Shown in pieces: positions 11,102 through 23,514 of a stretch of DNA of 64,000 nt. The position numbers were made by a program, and so were the translations under genes. Numbering within the stretch: position 1 is the first letter of the stretch; every line of letters begins with the position of its first letter. Below the pieces are notes generated by a model that did not search any database, had not been told where the DNA came from, and worked only from the letters and a program-made list of their open reading frames with translations. Origin of the DNA: Oikopleura dioica (Eukaryota; Animalia; Chordata); the NCBI GenBank assembly GCA_907165135.1, contig OU015566.1, positions 13,330,001-13,394,000 on the forward strand, written 5' to 3'.

Positions 11102-14100
11102 TCAAATGGTTTTCGCAAAGGCAGCTTCGTTTTTTATCCTTCTCAAGTATTGCTCCGCCTGTTCTGCGTCCAGTAACGATATTCCAAGCTGGGCACTTCT
11201 GGGAAAAGGCTGAGCCATTTGACGTAGAAACTTCTTTGACAGGGCAATTGAGTCTTCAATTGACAAGCTCAACGAGCCCTAAAACATGCGGTGATTCGGG
11301 ATTTATAGTCAATGAATCATATCTATAAATTATAGAAAATTCGAGTTGCAAATTGCACAAATTGTTATCCTCCATCCTTTAGTCGACCGTGTTCGTTTTC
11401 TCGTTACATTTTCGAAAAGAACATTATACCGGTATGTTGACATGCACGTGGAAAATGTGAATCCGAAATTGAGCCTTACTGACCTGTGACAACGAGTCCG
11501 TGAGCCACTTCGGCAGTTTTGTATATTTTCCAGGGGTTCCAAATCGTACATCAGCAAGCAACATGATTCCATAGTCCGATTTTGCTCTAATCGCTCTCCC
11601 AAGACACTAATAAAATCATTAAATTAATTAGTGTCTTTGATGCCTGATATCAGTGTGAAAAGTATGATACCTGAGCAGTCTGTCTCATAGCATCAAAGAC
11701 GAGAAACTCCTGCTCCCTCACTTGAATCTTTGTCCTCAGAAAATCCAGCCTTGCTCTCAGAATTCGCGACTGAGTGAAAATGAACGGGATTCCGAGTACA
11801 AGGACGGCTCTTCCGTAATGTCCAGAGAAATCGATTCCTTCTGATACTTTTCCTCGGGCCACGGAAAGAAGAACTGCTCCTCTTCCTTCGTCACATGCTT
11901 CGCGATATCTACCTGAAATAAATTTATCGAGGGGTTTCTCTGGTCCCCTTACTCAAGGCCTGCGAAGTTTCTGTTATATCAGAGCTTTCGCAAAATATGA
12001 TTTTATTCTTCTGTATTCCTTCAATGATTCCAGTCTCGTTCCACATCGATACAACATTTTCAAGGTAGCTGTAAGAAGTGAAGAAAACAACGACTCCATC
12101 TGGTACAACGCCGCAGATTTCAACCAGTAGATTTCCGTAATTTCGAAGCACACTGGGATCCTCTCTTTCGTCAAATTTGGAGCTCAAAGAAACTAAAAAT
12201 AAGAGACAAATCCCCCCTTGAATTTTACCTTGATCATTTCCTCTTGCAACAATCATCGGGCAAATCGCCCCTCGTGCCATTGAAAGCGACAAAGAAGTCA
12301 TCACAACCGGTTGAAAGTCCAACAGCCTCGGGTACATCTCGATAGGACTCAAAGTTCCACTGGTGATGAGGACGGACTGGTATTTTCGGAAGATAGGGCG
12401 CATGACAAGAGAAGCATCGAGGCAAGCAAGCTGTATTCGAGGATCTGGAATGCCTCGTTCGTCGATCGCTAGAAGGAAATTGGAAACCTTCGAAGAGCTG
12501 TTGAAATATTACCTTCGAATAGAATCGCGAATCCTTCCGTATAAGTCGCCGCCAACGCAGCCATGTTGATAATATCATTGACCTCTTTCAACCCAGTCAA
12601 ATCCACCATCTCCAGCGTTATGATCAAATTCTGCAGTCGCTCTCCCGCAATTCTCAATGATCTTCTATCGATGCAAACTCGTTCTTCAATATCTCGCAGG
12701 AAACTCAAAGGACTTTCCTGAATCGCTTGCTGAATTCGCAGCCGATGGCCGCAGTACTCTAATAATCGCTTGACCCATTTGCAAAATATCGGCGCTTTTC
12801 TGATGCTGCCAGGAATCGCCGTCGTCAAAACATCTTCAGGAAGCACTGGCGGTCCGCCAAGGCCCGAATCTTCATTTTGCCTCGCTTCTCGAAGTCCTCT
12901 CACAAGTCGGTCGTACTCATCTTCGAGCTCTTCTTTCTTGGACATTGAAAATTCATCGACTCTGGCGGTCAGTTTTTCGAGTCCATCAGCAGCTCGTTCG
13001 ATTGTTCGCTTGGTAATTTTTACGCTCAAGGATTTGATACACACTTTTTCAGGAGAATAAAAATTAGACTAATACAGCATTGGAAAGTTGTATTCAGAAA
13101 GGAATCTGTTATCGAAGGGTTACTCAAACTATCTGCAAAGACAATTACGAGTTTCGATCGGATAAAGATCGACTAAAGATGGTTTAATTGGGAACTTCCT
13201 CAGTTTTCTTCTATGTTGATTGAGTATTTTCGAATTCAGAATAATCATCTTCGTATTCTCCTTTCCTGAGTCAATATTGTGCGCCTCATCAAAAACCACG
13301 ATTGAGTTTCTCGGCAAGCTCTTTGAAACAACAGAAGAAATCTTCGGATCCAAAAGGTAGTTGTAAGAGTAGATGACGATATCAGCAAGGTTGATCGCTT
13401 CCCGCGCCATGAAATAGGGACACAGTGTTTCTTCCTGAAATTTGTTGATAGACCCTTTTTCGGAAACTTTTATTGACACTTAGAGGCCTCAATTTACCTT
13501 TCCGAATTCCTTGATATCCTCTAAATTATAAATCCCTCTCGGCAGTTTCGCGCTCAGAGTCGAATTCTCCAAGTTTTCAAAATAGCTACAAGAAGGATTT
13601 TCCCCGCCAGGACTCATTTTCGCATTCCTCCTTGCAAAAGTGGCTGTTCTTCTTCGACACTCTGTGTCCACTTCAATTCTACCACCGCAGCTCATTACTT
13701 CTGGGTTGACGCAAAGATTCTGTCTTGAACTCAAGGACATGGAAAGAAGGTCCAAGTGCTGACCATTGTCGGCATAGTACTGGACAAGATCGCGCAGTTC
13801 CTCCACCACTTTTGTCAGCTCAGGCACAGTTCGAGTGCAGTAGATGATTTTCTCCAGCGAAGCAGGGTGTGCCTTTTTGTAAGCGATCAGGAAACTCAGT
13901 ATAGTTACTGTCTTCCCGGTTCCACAGGGCATTTCGATCAGCGCATGACCTGAAAATAGACGTTCCAATTTAAACTCCAAATTATATTAAATTGGTTTGT
14001 TATATTATATTGTATAAGAAATTGATCGAAAAGATCTTAAAGTTCGATCCATAATTTATTATAATTTGAAGTTATTTGCAAAAATAAGTAATAATGAAGC

Positions 14101-14906
14101 TTGTGTAAGGGCTGGTAAATTAGACAATTATAGACAATTATAGTATAATTAGTATTATACTCTCCTTGATAGGAGTTCTGATGCCTCAGATATTTTGAAA
14201 TTTGAAAATAGGCTATTTAAATAGCACTTGAGTACATTTGAATTAAAGACGATCATTCAAAATGATTGACGAGTCTTATATTATATAATAAGTTATAATA
14301 TAACTTATATTATATAAGTTATATGATATAATGTTACAAAAATATTACATAAAATTCGTCGGTTAAGGACCCCCCCGTCAACAATTTTCGAAAAATCTTT
14401 TTTCGGAATTTTAAAATTTTGACCCCGGAAATGGATTCTACGGGTCAAAAAACGATTTTGAGGCTTTTTTGGGGGTCTATCTCGACTCTAACACCCTTAA
14501 AATCGCCTTTGAAAAATGGACTTTTTGACGAAAAATGACTAAAAAGTCCCAATTTTGGATTTTTATTGGTCGAAAAGTGCTCCGAACAAGTTTTTATGAT
14601 AAATTTAACTTTCAGGCACACTCAGAAGCCAAAATATGGCTGTTTTGCGATTTTCGATTTTTTGAGGAAACTTGTTGACGGGGGGGAACCTGTAATTTAA
14701 CGTTTATTATTAAATGCGGCATTAAAAACGTTAAATTGGTGACACCAAATTGGTCTTATTCATGACTTAATCATGAATTATTGTATTAAAAAGAACGCAC
14801 CTCTGTTTTCAATTGAGTACTTGAGCTCTCGCATGTACGCCAATTGTTCTGGATAAACATAATCGAATGGAAATAAAACTGGAATTCCCTCAATGTCCAA
14901 ATGCAT
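11102..14906 (-). CDS. ERCC2: TFIIH helicase XPD
   Basis: Exon 1 (14906-14801) [29 protein letters not shown]; Walker [10 protein letters not shown]; Fe-S cysteines ([21 protein letters not shown]); DEAHNID; TSGTLSP; [10 protein letters not shown]; final exon ends TI-stop at 11102. Includes a GA-AG intron at 13265-13044. Confidence 0.96.
14366..14691. mobile_element. MITE inside ERCC2 intron 1
   Basis: Inverted repeats CCCCCCCGTCAACAA (14370-14384) and TTGTTGACGGGGGGG (14672-14686); the outer ends are slightly degenerate. Confidence 0.65.
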
Positions 14907-15263
14907 CCTCTTCTATTTCTGTCTTCTCCAAGCTTGAATCCTTCTCCTCCTCTCAGCCTCTCTTCGAAAAAAACGTTTGAAAAGATAAAACTGGAGTTTT
15001 CAAGTTTATGAATTCTGAATTCTTCAGAAGCGAAAAACAGCAGCGCCATTGGCCAAGACTAGGCGCGCTTTCCAAATCGATGAGTAAGAAAGTCACTTTC
15101 AGAAATTCATTGAATGAATGACATTCAGATCTAATATTCAGGTGGAATGTACAGTAACATAGTAAGGGGCTCTGAACGATTTTCTGTAAATAAGCAATAC
15201 TCCATTTTCCCAAGCACTGAAACCATCAGTGCCGACGACGAGTTAGACCTGGGCTCCGATTCT

Positions 15264-15550
15264 GGCTGAGCGACATCTGAGCGAGAGCGAGCGACGAGCG
15301 AGCGATCGCTCACACTCCGCTTTTTCGCTCGAGCGTCGCTCAATTGTCGCTCAGAAATTATTCGTCGATGATTTGGAGTCTTCCGACTGGCTAATCGATC
15401 ATATCATTGTTCATGAAATTTCATTAAACAATTTTGATCAGCGAAAACATGAGCGACATCTCACGCTCCGCTTTTTCGCTCGAGCGCCGCTCAAATGTCG
15501 CTCAGGTCTCGCTTAAATGTCGCTCGCTCAGTCGCTCCGCTCGCTCAGCC
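15264..15550. repeat. GAGCG/CGCTC-rich repeat block enclosing a copied exon fragment
   Basis: Direct repeat GAGCGACATCT...CTCCGCTTTTTCGCTCGAGCG..CGCTCAA.TGTCGCTCAG on either side of 15355-15447. Confidence 0.55.
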
Positions 15551-15812
15551 GATTTTTCTCAGTGACATCCTTGAGATATTGAAAATGAAGAAAAGAGGGC
15601 CGCAGATGTTGGGAATTAGCGAGCAGTTATCTAAAAGGCAATAAATCCCAGCGCGGACAATAATCAGCGCGAGTGTTTTAAAAATCTAAAATCGCCGAAA
15701 CAATGCTTTACGGAAAAAAAGTAAAAACTAAGTTTTTACGAGCACGCGCGCGGGGCACAGGGGCAAAACACAGGACATCTCCTCCGTTAATCACTCCCTC
15801 GGTGGAAAAAAA

Positions 15813-18800
15813 ATGGGACTTTTAACCCTCTATTTTGACATAACGGAAGAACTGTACGATGATCTCAATGCAGAGAATATTGGCGTGACGCTGGGAAAGG
15901 AGAGATTTGAGAATTGCAAATTTGGATACCGCGATTTTATTTTGTCGACAAGTGTTGATCTCAAAAATGAAGATTTTAACACGATTAAAATTGACAGAGA
16001 AAATGCAGTTGAAAGAAGATCCCAAATTGAAGTCGCTGCCATTTTTGTTGCAAAGGAAAAAGTTTAGATCTAAATTGACGGGCCTTCTGGTTTGTGAAAT
16101 AGCTTTAAAATCGATAATTATTAATGAAAAACTTTGAAAAGAAAAACCAGCACTGGCGAAAATTCGTGCCAAAGGAAGAAAACGGCGTCCCCTTTTATTC
16201 CGAAGTGCATACTTACGAGCTCGAATTCGTCACTGCTTCGTCTCAAAACCCTTCTCGTGCAAAAGCTCTAGCCATGGCGCTGTACAACTCGTCCGGAGAA
16301 CCCTCCAATCTTATCCATCTTGGCCGAGACGTCGAGCTCAGGGATGTACATTTTCTAAAATTTTCAACTGCGGTGCGGTGCGAACTGCGATTTTTTTTTG
16401 ACGATTTTCTGCGGTGCGAACTGCGAGATTAAAAATTTTCTCTTCGCAGTGCGGCGCAGACTGCGATTTTCTGCGATCTTCGGAAAAAATTGAAAAATGC
16501 GGTAAATTCTGCGATTTTCTGCGAAACTGCGGAAAATAAGCTGAAACTGCGCTTAATTCTGCGATTTTTTGTGAAAAAATGCGAAATTTTCTGCGAAATG
16601 CGATCCGAGTGAAAAGAGTGGTCATTATTATGACGGGCAGAGTTGCATTTTTGAAAATTTTTTCTAAGATGAATTTAAAAAACTTTTTGCAGGCAAAATT
16701 CTAACTTTGCCTGTTTTCATACCTAGCAGAAAGCCCGTAAAATTTCGAGTCGCCTGGACTAGATTTGGGCCAAAACCGTCAGACGATGACGTCATAAATG
16801 ACGTATAAAGTTGGCAAAAATGGCGATTTTGGCCAAACTTTGAGTCAGTTTTTAGGGGCTTTTTTAAAGAAATTTTTCGGTGTTTTATAGCTCAAATTGA
16901 TCCTTGTGAAAAACTGAACTAAGGTTTTCAAGATTTTTTTATTTGGTTGAAAATTTTTTTTCGGGAAATTCTAGAGCCCAGTTTTCAAAAATTTTTAAAA
17001 ACCCTTAAAAACCTTAGTTCAGTTTTAAATAAGCTTTCATTTGAGCTAGAGAACACTCCTTAATTCCATCGGGAAGGCAATTAAAATTTGACTCAAAGTT
17101 TCGCCTATTTGGGACCTTCTGACGTCATTTGTGACGTCATTCTCTAGAAAATTTCAAAAACGATTTGGTCAAATCGACTCAAAATTTAAAGCTAAGCAAG
17201 AGGGCCGTCTCAGCCCCGTTCCATGATTTTTAAGTTTAAGGGGCTTGACGGCCCTTCGGGCCGTCTCAGCCCCGTTTCATGATTTTTAAGTTTAAGGGGC
17301 TTGACGGCCCTTCGGGTCGTCTCAGCCCCGTTCCATGATTTTTAAGTTTAAGGGGCTTGACAAAGGCTTTGAACTATGAGTTGATCAATCTCAGTTCTGT
17401 CCCCGACCCCTCCCTCACCCATTATTTAAAAAATTAAAATTATCACTGTTTTTAGCTCAATTATGGTTTTGATTTAAAGTTTGATCAAGTTGGGCGAACG
17501 GCCACTTGGACAAACGGAGACCATTCTTACGACGCCCTATTTTTCGTATATTTCCAGTAACACACAAGAGAAAAACTTGAAAAAATTGCTGGAAAATGAC
17601 CGCAGAATCCGCAGTCTGCGAACTGCGAGATTAATCAAAAACTGCGGAAAATGACTGTGGAAAAATCGCAGTTTTCGAAAATTCTGCGAAAACTGCGGAC
17701 TGCGGTGCGATGTGCATACGTGTGCTATGACTGCGCTGCGAAGTGCGAATTTCCGCAGTTCGCAGGTCGCACTGCGAAGGTTTCTGCGATTTCCCCACTG
17801 CGAATGTACATCCCTGGTCGAGCTCATTTCTTCCCGGCAACAAGAGCAGCGCTATCTTGTCGAAGTTTCGAAACCAAATGAAATTGAGTACTTGAAGTTA
17901 TTCGTCGATGATTTGGAGTCTTCCGACTGGCTACTCGATCATATCATTGTTCATAAAATTTCTTTGAATAACTTTGATCAGCGAAAAACCTACCACAAAA
18001 CTTTCCAATACCAGCCTAGGTAGCACTCCTTCTTATTCTCTTTTCAACCCTTTTCAGATATGTGAGGAGCAAAAAAGGACAACAGGTAATCACAATCTAC
18101 GAAGATGTCATTTCTTCCACCTCCTCGTCAAAAAGCACCACTCCCGATTTCGACCGCTTGCCACCAAATGTCGACTCGAAAAAGAAGAAAAAGACGAACC
18201 AGCCGATTCGACATGATAGTTTCAACAGCTTCTCTACTCTCAATACAGAAAGAGACTACACCTTCGTCGACCTTGCTAAAATTCGCTCTGGAAAGGTCCA
18301 GGAGTATCCAATTTCTACTGACGATGTTTCGATTATTCATCTCGATCCAGATTACGTTTCTGAAGCTGGCGATCCTCCTTCGTGTACGACTTCTGTTTGC
18401 TCTGAGCCTCAAGTTCTCCCTCTAAGAAGTCCGGAAAGAAATGTCAAGACAAACTTTTCTACTGTCGTTCTTCCGACTAATTTTGGCAGAAGTGGCTGCC
18501 AAGTTGCCTATCAACTGACTCTCAGAACTGGAAACAACAACAAGGAAGTCTACCTCAACCGACTCTATTTCCGAGTCCTCGGCGAGGAAGGCTGCACCAG
18601 ACGAATTCTCATCCCCTTGTCGACTTCAACCTGTTTTGGTAAAAATTCCACCGCGAACTTGAGCTTCCACGGCAAAGATGTCGGCAATATCACCGGCTGC
18701 GAGCTCTGGACAAGAACAAAAGATCCCTATTCCAAGCTAGACTTTGAGCTCCTACGGGTTCAGCGACAATCGAATGCTGCGAACAGATTTGAGGTCAGAA

Positions 18801-20829
18801 ATGCGAGCTACAGTAGGGACAGACTGCATCGAGGAGTGATGGAAGGAGAGTATGATCACTCAGATATGAGGTCAGAATATTCCTTGGCTTGGAGCGGCGC
18901 GAATATCCAGCGATCAGGAACAAGGTAGACCTGTCAAATTTTGATTCAATTTTGACCAAATTCAGATGGCGACAAGTGCCCTCCTTTTCCTCTTCATCTG
19001 AGTCAGAAGCTCCAAAGATTTCTACAATTGCCGAGAGCATCTCTTCCGAATCAACAGTGTCCTTCAACTTCCAAGAAAACAACGTCGTCAAAGCAGCACC
19101 AATAGTTCCCAAACCGAAGAGTGAAACTCCCACCATCGTCGAATCTGAAACATCGTTTTCTGATCAGGGCACCAAACCGGCAATCAGTTTTCATCAAGAG
19201 AGCTCGAAAGCGACCAAGTTTAATTGGAGAGGATTGAAGGTCGAAAGGAAAGTTTTCTTGAATACAGAAAAGGGATTCTTCTTTGAAAATTTAAAAACTC
19301 TGAAAGACAAAGGCGAGATGGCTTTGATAAGATCCCCATCCTAATTATCGTCCAAAACTACAAGGAAATCAAGCAAAACATCGAGCTTTACATGGTCGAT
19401 TATCAGCAAAATAAATCGAAGACCTACCAAGGCAAGTTTCATCTCCTCTTTCAACCTATCTTCCCTTCTAGTGCCTGTATCAAAAAGCGCTTGCTACAGA
19501 CTCAAGGCTCAAGAAAAACGCTTCGATCGAGTGAAACTGGCCTGCTGCCAGCCTCAAATGGCCGAGTACATTCCATGCATGCAGATTGATGATCAGCTGT
19601 TTATTCGACGCTTCAAATCAAATGTTAGTCTCAAAAGTATATTCAATTTCGAACGATTCGATTTCTAGAGCTCGCTTTCGATGCCAGCTCTTTACTCCCC
19701 GGGAACGATTTACAGAGTCCAAGCTGCAAATACTGACTCAATGAATAAAATTTCAAAAGATGGGGCGCTAGAAACTGATCATGGAGCGCTCAAATACTGG
19801 AAGAATGATCCTGTCTCTCGAAGAGTACGAAAATAACTTCATTCTCTATTTTACTTCCCCTTTTAGGCGTATTTTTTCGGACCGGCGGAGCTGCAAGAAA
19901 AGGACAAAATTTATTTGAAATCGGAATTTGATGATGTTATCAGCATGCGATCGTACAGAACATGCAGCAATGTCGATTCTAGTGGCAAAATGCAGTGGAG
20001 CGAAGACCACGAAATCATGCGAGTGGCGGGAACAAATGACACTTATCAGCGAAAAATCATGGCGCGGTACAAGATTGCTATCGCTTTCAATGATAGCGAT
20101 CCAAACAGGTAAAAATCGACTTCGTCATTTTCTTCAATAAAATCAAAAGAAAAGCGCTGCTGAAATTCACCGGGACCAACTACGCCTTCAAATACGATCT
20201 GTCCAAGCATCACAAGGAAAATTGCCTCATCGAAATGGAGCATTTCAACATCGGCTTCATCCACAAGGTCGACATTCAAACTTTCAGCGGGGGAGTTCGA
20301 GAAGAAAAACCAGCAAATCTGATTGATTACGTGTTTATCCAGTGCAATGATCAGCCGGGGCAGTTTTTGACCTGCCCGTCTGATAACTTTGAGACGCTCA
20401 TGCCTGGGTACTTGTTCAAAGTCGACTTGGAGGCGGAAAAGGATTACAAAGGAAAGATGCTGAATCTTCGACTCGTCGGGCAAGATGGAACAGACAGGTT
20501 TTCCCGACCCCTTTTTTTCTCCTAGCGACCTTTTCTTCAGATTCTTTTCTTATCCTGGCGATGCATTTTCGAAAGGAGAAACGAACCTCATCTTCGGCGG
20601 CCCGTCGCAGTTCCGAGAACTGATTCTAACAGGAGAACAAGGGCAAAAGTTCCCGGAATGCTTCGAAGAAATAACCATCAGCCAAGCAAAAACCATCACA
20701 TACGAGTCCGATGAGGGACATGAGCCGGATTACAAAGTCGTTGAAGTCTTCAATGACCTCTTCAACATGAAAAAAGGATATGCTGATAAAACGAAGACCT
20801 TTTTGAACCTTTCTGGCATTCAAGTTTGA
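15813..20829 (+). CDS. Multi-exon protein with at least two PLAT/LH2-like domains; exon structure partly uncertain and one exon interrupted by a hAT element
   Basis: PLAT-like segments YELEFVTAS..ALYNSSG..RYLVEV..LKLFVDD..SDWLLDHIIV (16200-17990 after removing the insertion) and YQLTLRTG..VLGEEGCT..F..DVGNITGCELW (18500-18780). Spliceable exons continue to the stop at 20829. Whether all exons form one gene is not certain. Confidence 0.55.
16339..17816. mobile_element. Non-autonomous hAT-type element (1478 bp) inserted in a coding exon
   Basis: 14-bp TIR CAGGGATGTACATT; perfect 8-bp TSD GTCGAGCT (16331-16338, 17817-17824); subterminal CTGCG/CGCAG arrays. Precise removal restores GRDVELISSRQQEQ. 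Confidence 0.9.
17202..17361. repeat. Tandem array of 56-bp hairpin units (about 2.9 copies)
   Basis: Unit GGGCCGTCTCAGCCCCGTTCCATGATTTTTAAGTTTAAGGGGCTTGACGGCCCTTC starting at 17202, 17258 and 17314. Confidence 0.85.
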
Positions 20830-21571
20830 TTCGAAAATAAATTTTTAACACATTTCTTACTCTTTTATTCAAGTGTCTTCTATTTCCTCAAAAACAAAAA
20901 AATCTGATCGATTTTTTGGCCATTTGTGAAAGTCTTCCATCAGCGCTGGTCTTCCAGCGCGCTCGCAATCGTGGGAAAATCCCCAGCCGCTCGAGAACGG
21001 AGAAAAATCTAGCGAGAATCGAAAAATATAAAATTGGTGTTTTTCATTTTCATTTTTTTGCTAGAGAAAGAGATAAAAGAATAAGAAGAGATGAAGATTA
21101 ATAGACTTCAGGAGGAAGGGTAGAAATTAACGAAGAGAGACCCTTAGACATTTTTTACGATTCGTTCTTTTTTTTTACTTAGGAATTGGGAATAGACGGT
21201 TCAACATTCAGATTGACGCGGAGACAATAGGTCAAAGGGCTCAGCTTTTGCGACAGTCGAGTAGTTAGTCACTTTTCGCAGAATCTGTAATTCGCGTTTT
21301 CCGAGAAGCCGATTCTGCGCGGCGGCACGTGATCAGACTGAGAAATCATTCAGCTGGAAAAAGTGGAACGTACCAAACGACCCGGCAGAGCTCGATTCAA
21401 AACCTCAATAAGAGAAAATATTCGCAGAATTACGAAATGAGCTTCTTGAAGATCTGCCCTTGCAAATTCTGTATTTGTATTTGAAATACAGTAGTTTGAA
21501 TAGCTAACAGAATGTTGCTGGCAAAATACAGTTTTTAACGGAACTATTGATTTTCTTACACAGCGATCGCC

Positions 21572-21749
21572 CTTATTCTTCTGTAAGGGTATCTGAAATA
21601 GTCTTAAAATCGTGGTGGATACCCTTAAATTACAGTTCATGATGAAAGTGGCTCTCATCTTAGAAAAATCAATGTCAGGCCATTTACTGTATTAAGGGTG
21701 TCCACGACGACTAAACAGCTCTTCCAGATACCCTTATTAGAAGAACAAG
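21572..21749. repeat. Degenerate palindrome rich in TAAGGGTRTC motifs
   Basis: CTTATTCTTCTGTAAGGGTATCTG pairs with CAGATACCCTTATTAGAAGAACAAG; an inner pair is GTGGATACCCTTAA / TTAAGGGTGTCCAC. Confidence 0.55.
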
Positions 21750-22158
21750 ATTGCTCTAAGGGTATCAACGGTCCTAAAATCGCTGCTGAAAGTTCATATT
21801 ACTTTCAAAACAGAAGCTTTTTGCACCCAAAATAATTGTGGTCTGGCCACAGTCTCCACTTCAAAGAGCGAAAGTTCAAACAGAAAAATATCAAATTTAA
21901 CTCGTGCCCGAGTGACTCATCCTCGGTGAGACTCTGTTACGGAGGATTAGTATTTTTTTGTAGTACTCGTTGCGCGTAAATCGTAAAAGTGAATATTAGC
22001 GAGCCGTATTCCAATTGGCCGAACTTGACAAAGATCCAACTTTCGCGCTTTCCGCGAAAAAATGTCAAACCAGAAAACTCCTGTTTGAATGAAAAACAAG
22101 CAGTTATATTTTTTATTTGACAAAAGAGAAAGAGTTTCAGTGAAAACATCGAAAAAAG

Positions 22159-23514
22159 GAGAGAGGCGATTTTCTGGCAGTTAGACTTTCTGGCAGTTAG
22201 ACTTTCTGGCAAAGGCGATTTTCTGGCACTGCCAGAAAATATAATATGCCAGAAAATCTAATTTCCAGAAAATCGCCTCTTTTGATTTTGAATCTACAGT
22301 TAGTGATCCTGGAAGGTAAAAAGTACGACAGTACCACCAATTTTTTCTTACATGTTTTATAAAAATTCATTGACAAAAGCCATTTTTGACCCATTTATTC
22401 AAGATAATTGGCTGTAGCAAACATAAATCAGCTTCTTCCGGGAATTTTTGTGTTAACCCGTTAACAGGGTGGTCGATTTTGCCTACGCTTTTGCCTGTCT
22501 GTGATTGAGTGAAATCATGGATCCGGGCATATGATTGGCTACTCATTTCCACGCGTGGCCGTGAGACAGCACCCACTGAGATAATGGCGCACGCTCATGC
22601 TTTTTAAAACTGAACTTTTTATAAAACTCTCCTGAAAATTCTTTCTCAGAAGGTGGTGGAATCGCTGTCATTTTCAATATTTTTCTATACGATTTTTCTT
22701 CCTTTTTCTTCTCCATTTTCTCAAAAAAATCAAAATCTAACTTTTCAGCTGCCTGTGAACCCGTTTGTCACTCCGAAAACAGCTAGAACGAACTGCGGAT
22801 GCTACCCTCATTCTATTTTTAGCGCAGAAATTTCAATTCCCAATTCGTAGTCTTTTTTAGCGCCCTGAATAGTCGGCTTTTAGATCAAACGCTCGCGTCG
22901 AAAGGTGCAAACTCCTGCTGAAACTGCTCCGAAATGAAATTTGTGTGATAATCACCAGTTTTTCGAATTTATATAATGATTATTATTAAGAGTTTCTTGC
23001 AGAATTTCAAATAATATCCATCCTATAAAGGCGATTTCACCACCTAAGGAAGAATTTTCTGGAGAGCTTTATAACAAGTTCAGTTTCAAAAAGCATTAGC
23101 GTGCGCCATTATCTCAGTGGGTGCCCACTGTGACCAAGTACTCGAAATCAGATGCAAATAACACCTGGTGTTTAACACAAAAATTCCCGGAAGAAGCTGA
23201 TTTATGTTTGCTACAGCCAATAATCTTGAATAAATGGGTCAAAAGTGGCTTTTGTCAATGAATTTTAAAAAAAACGTGTAAGAAAAAATTGGTGGTACTG
23301 TCGAAAACCCTCTCCGTTTTTTTACCTTCCAGGATCATTAACTGTAGATTCAAAATCAAAAGAGGCGATTTTCTGGCAGTTAGACTTTCTGGCAGTTAGA
23401 CTTTCTGGCAAAGGCGATTTTCTGGAAGTTAGATTTTCTGGCAGTGCCAGAAAATCGCCTTTGCCAGAAAGTCTAACTGCCAGAAAATCTAACTGCCAGA
23501 AAATCGCCTCTCTC
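22159..23514. mobile_element. Non-autonomous MULE/foldback-type element (1356 bp) with long TIRs
   Basis: Ends GAGAGAGGCGATTTTCTGGCAG / CTGCCAGAAAATCGCCTCTCTC; inverted similarity extends about 480 bp; perfect 9-bp TSD CGAAAAAAG (22150-22158, 23515-23523). Confidence 0.85.

Noticed and set aside
15217-15564. CACTG..CAGTG ends suggesting a CACTA/CMC element
   Set aside because: Only about 6 bp match and no 3-bp TSD is present.
17202-17361. CRISPR-like repeat array
   Set aside because: The loops are identical rather than unique spacers, there are no cas genes, and the context is eukaryotic.
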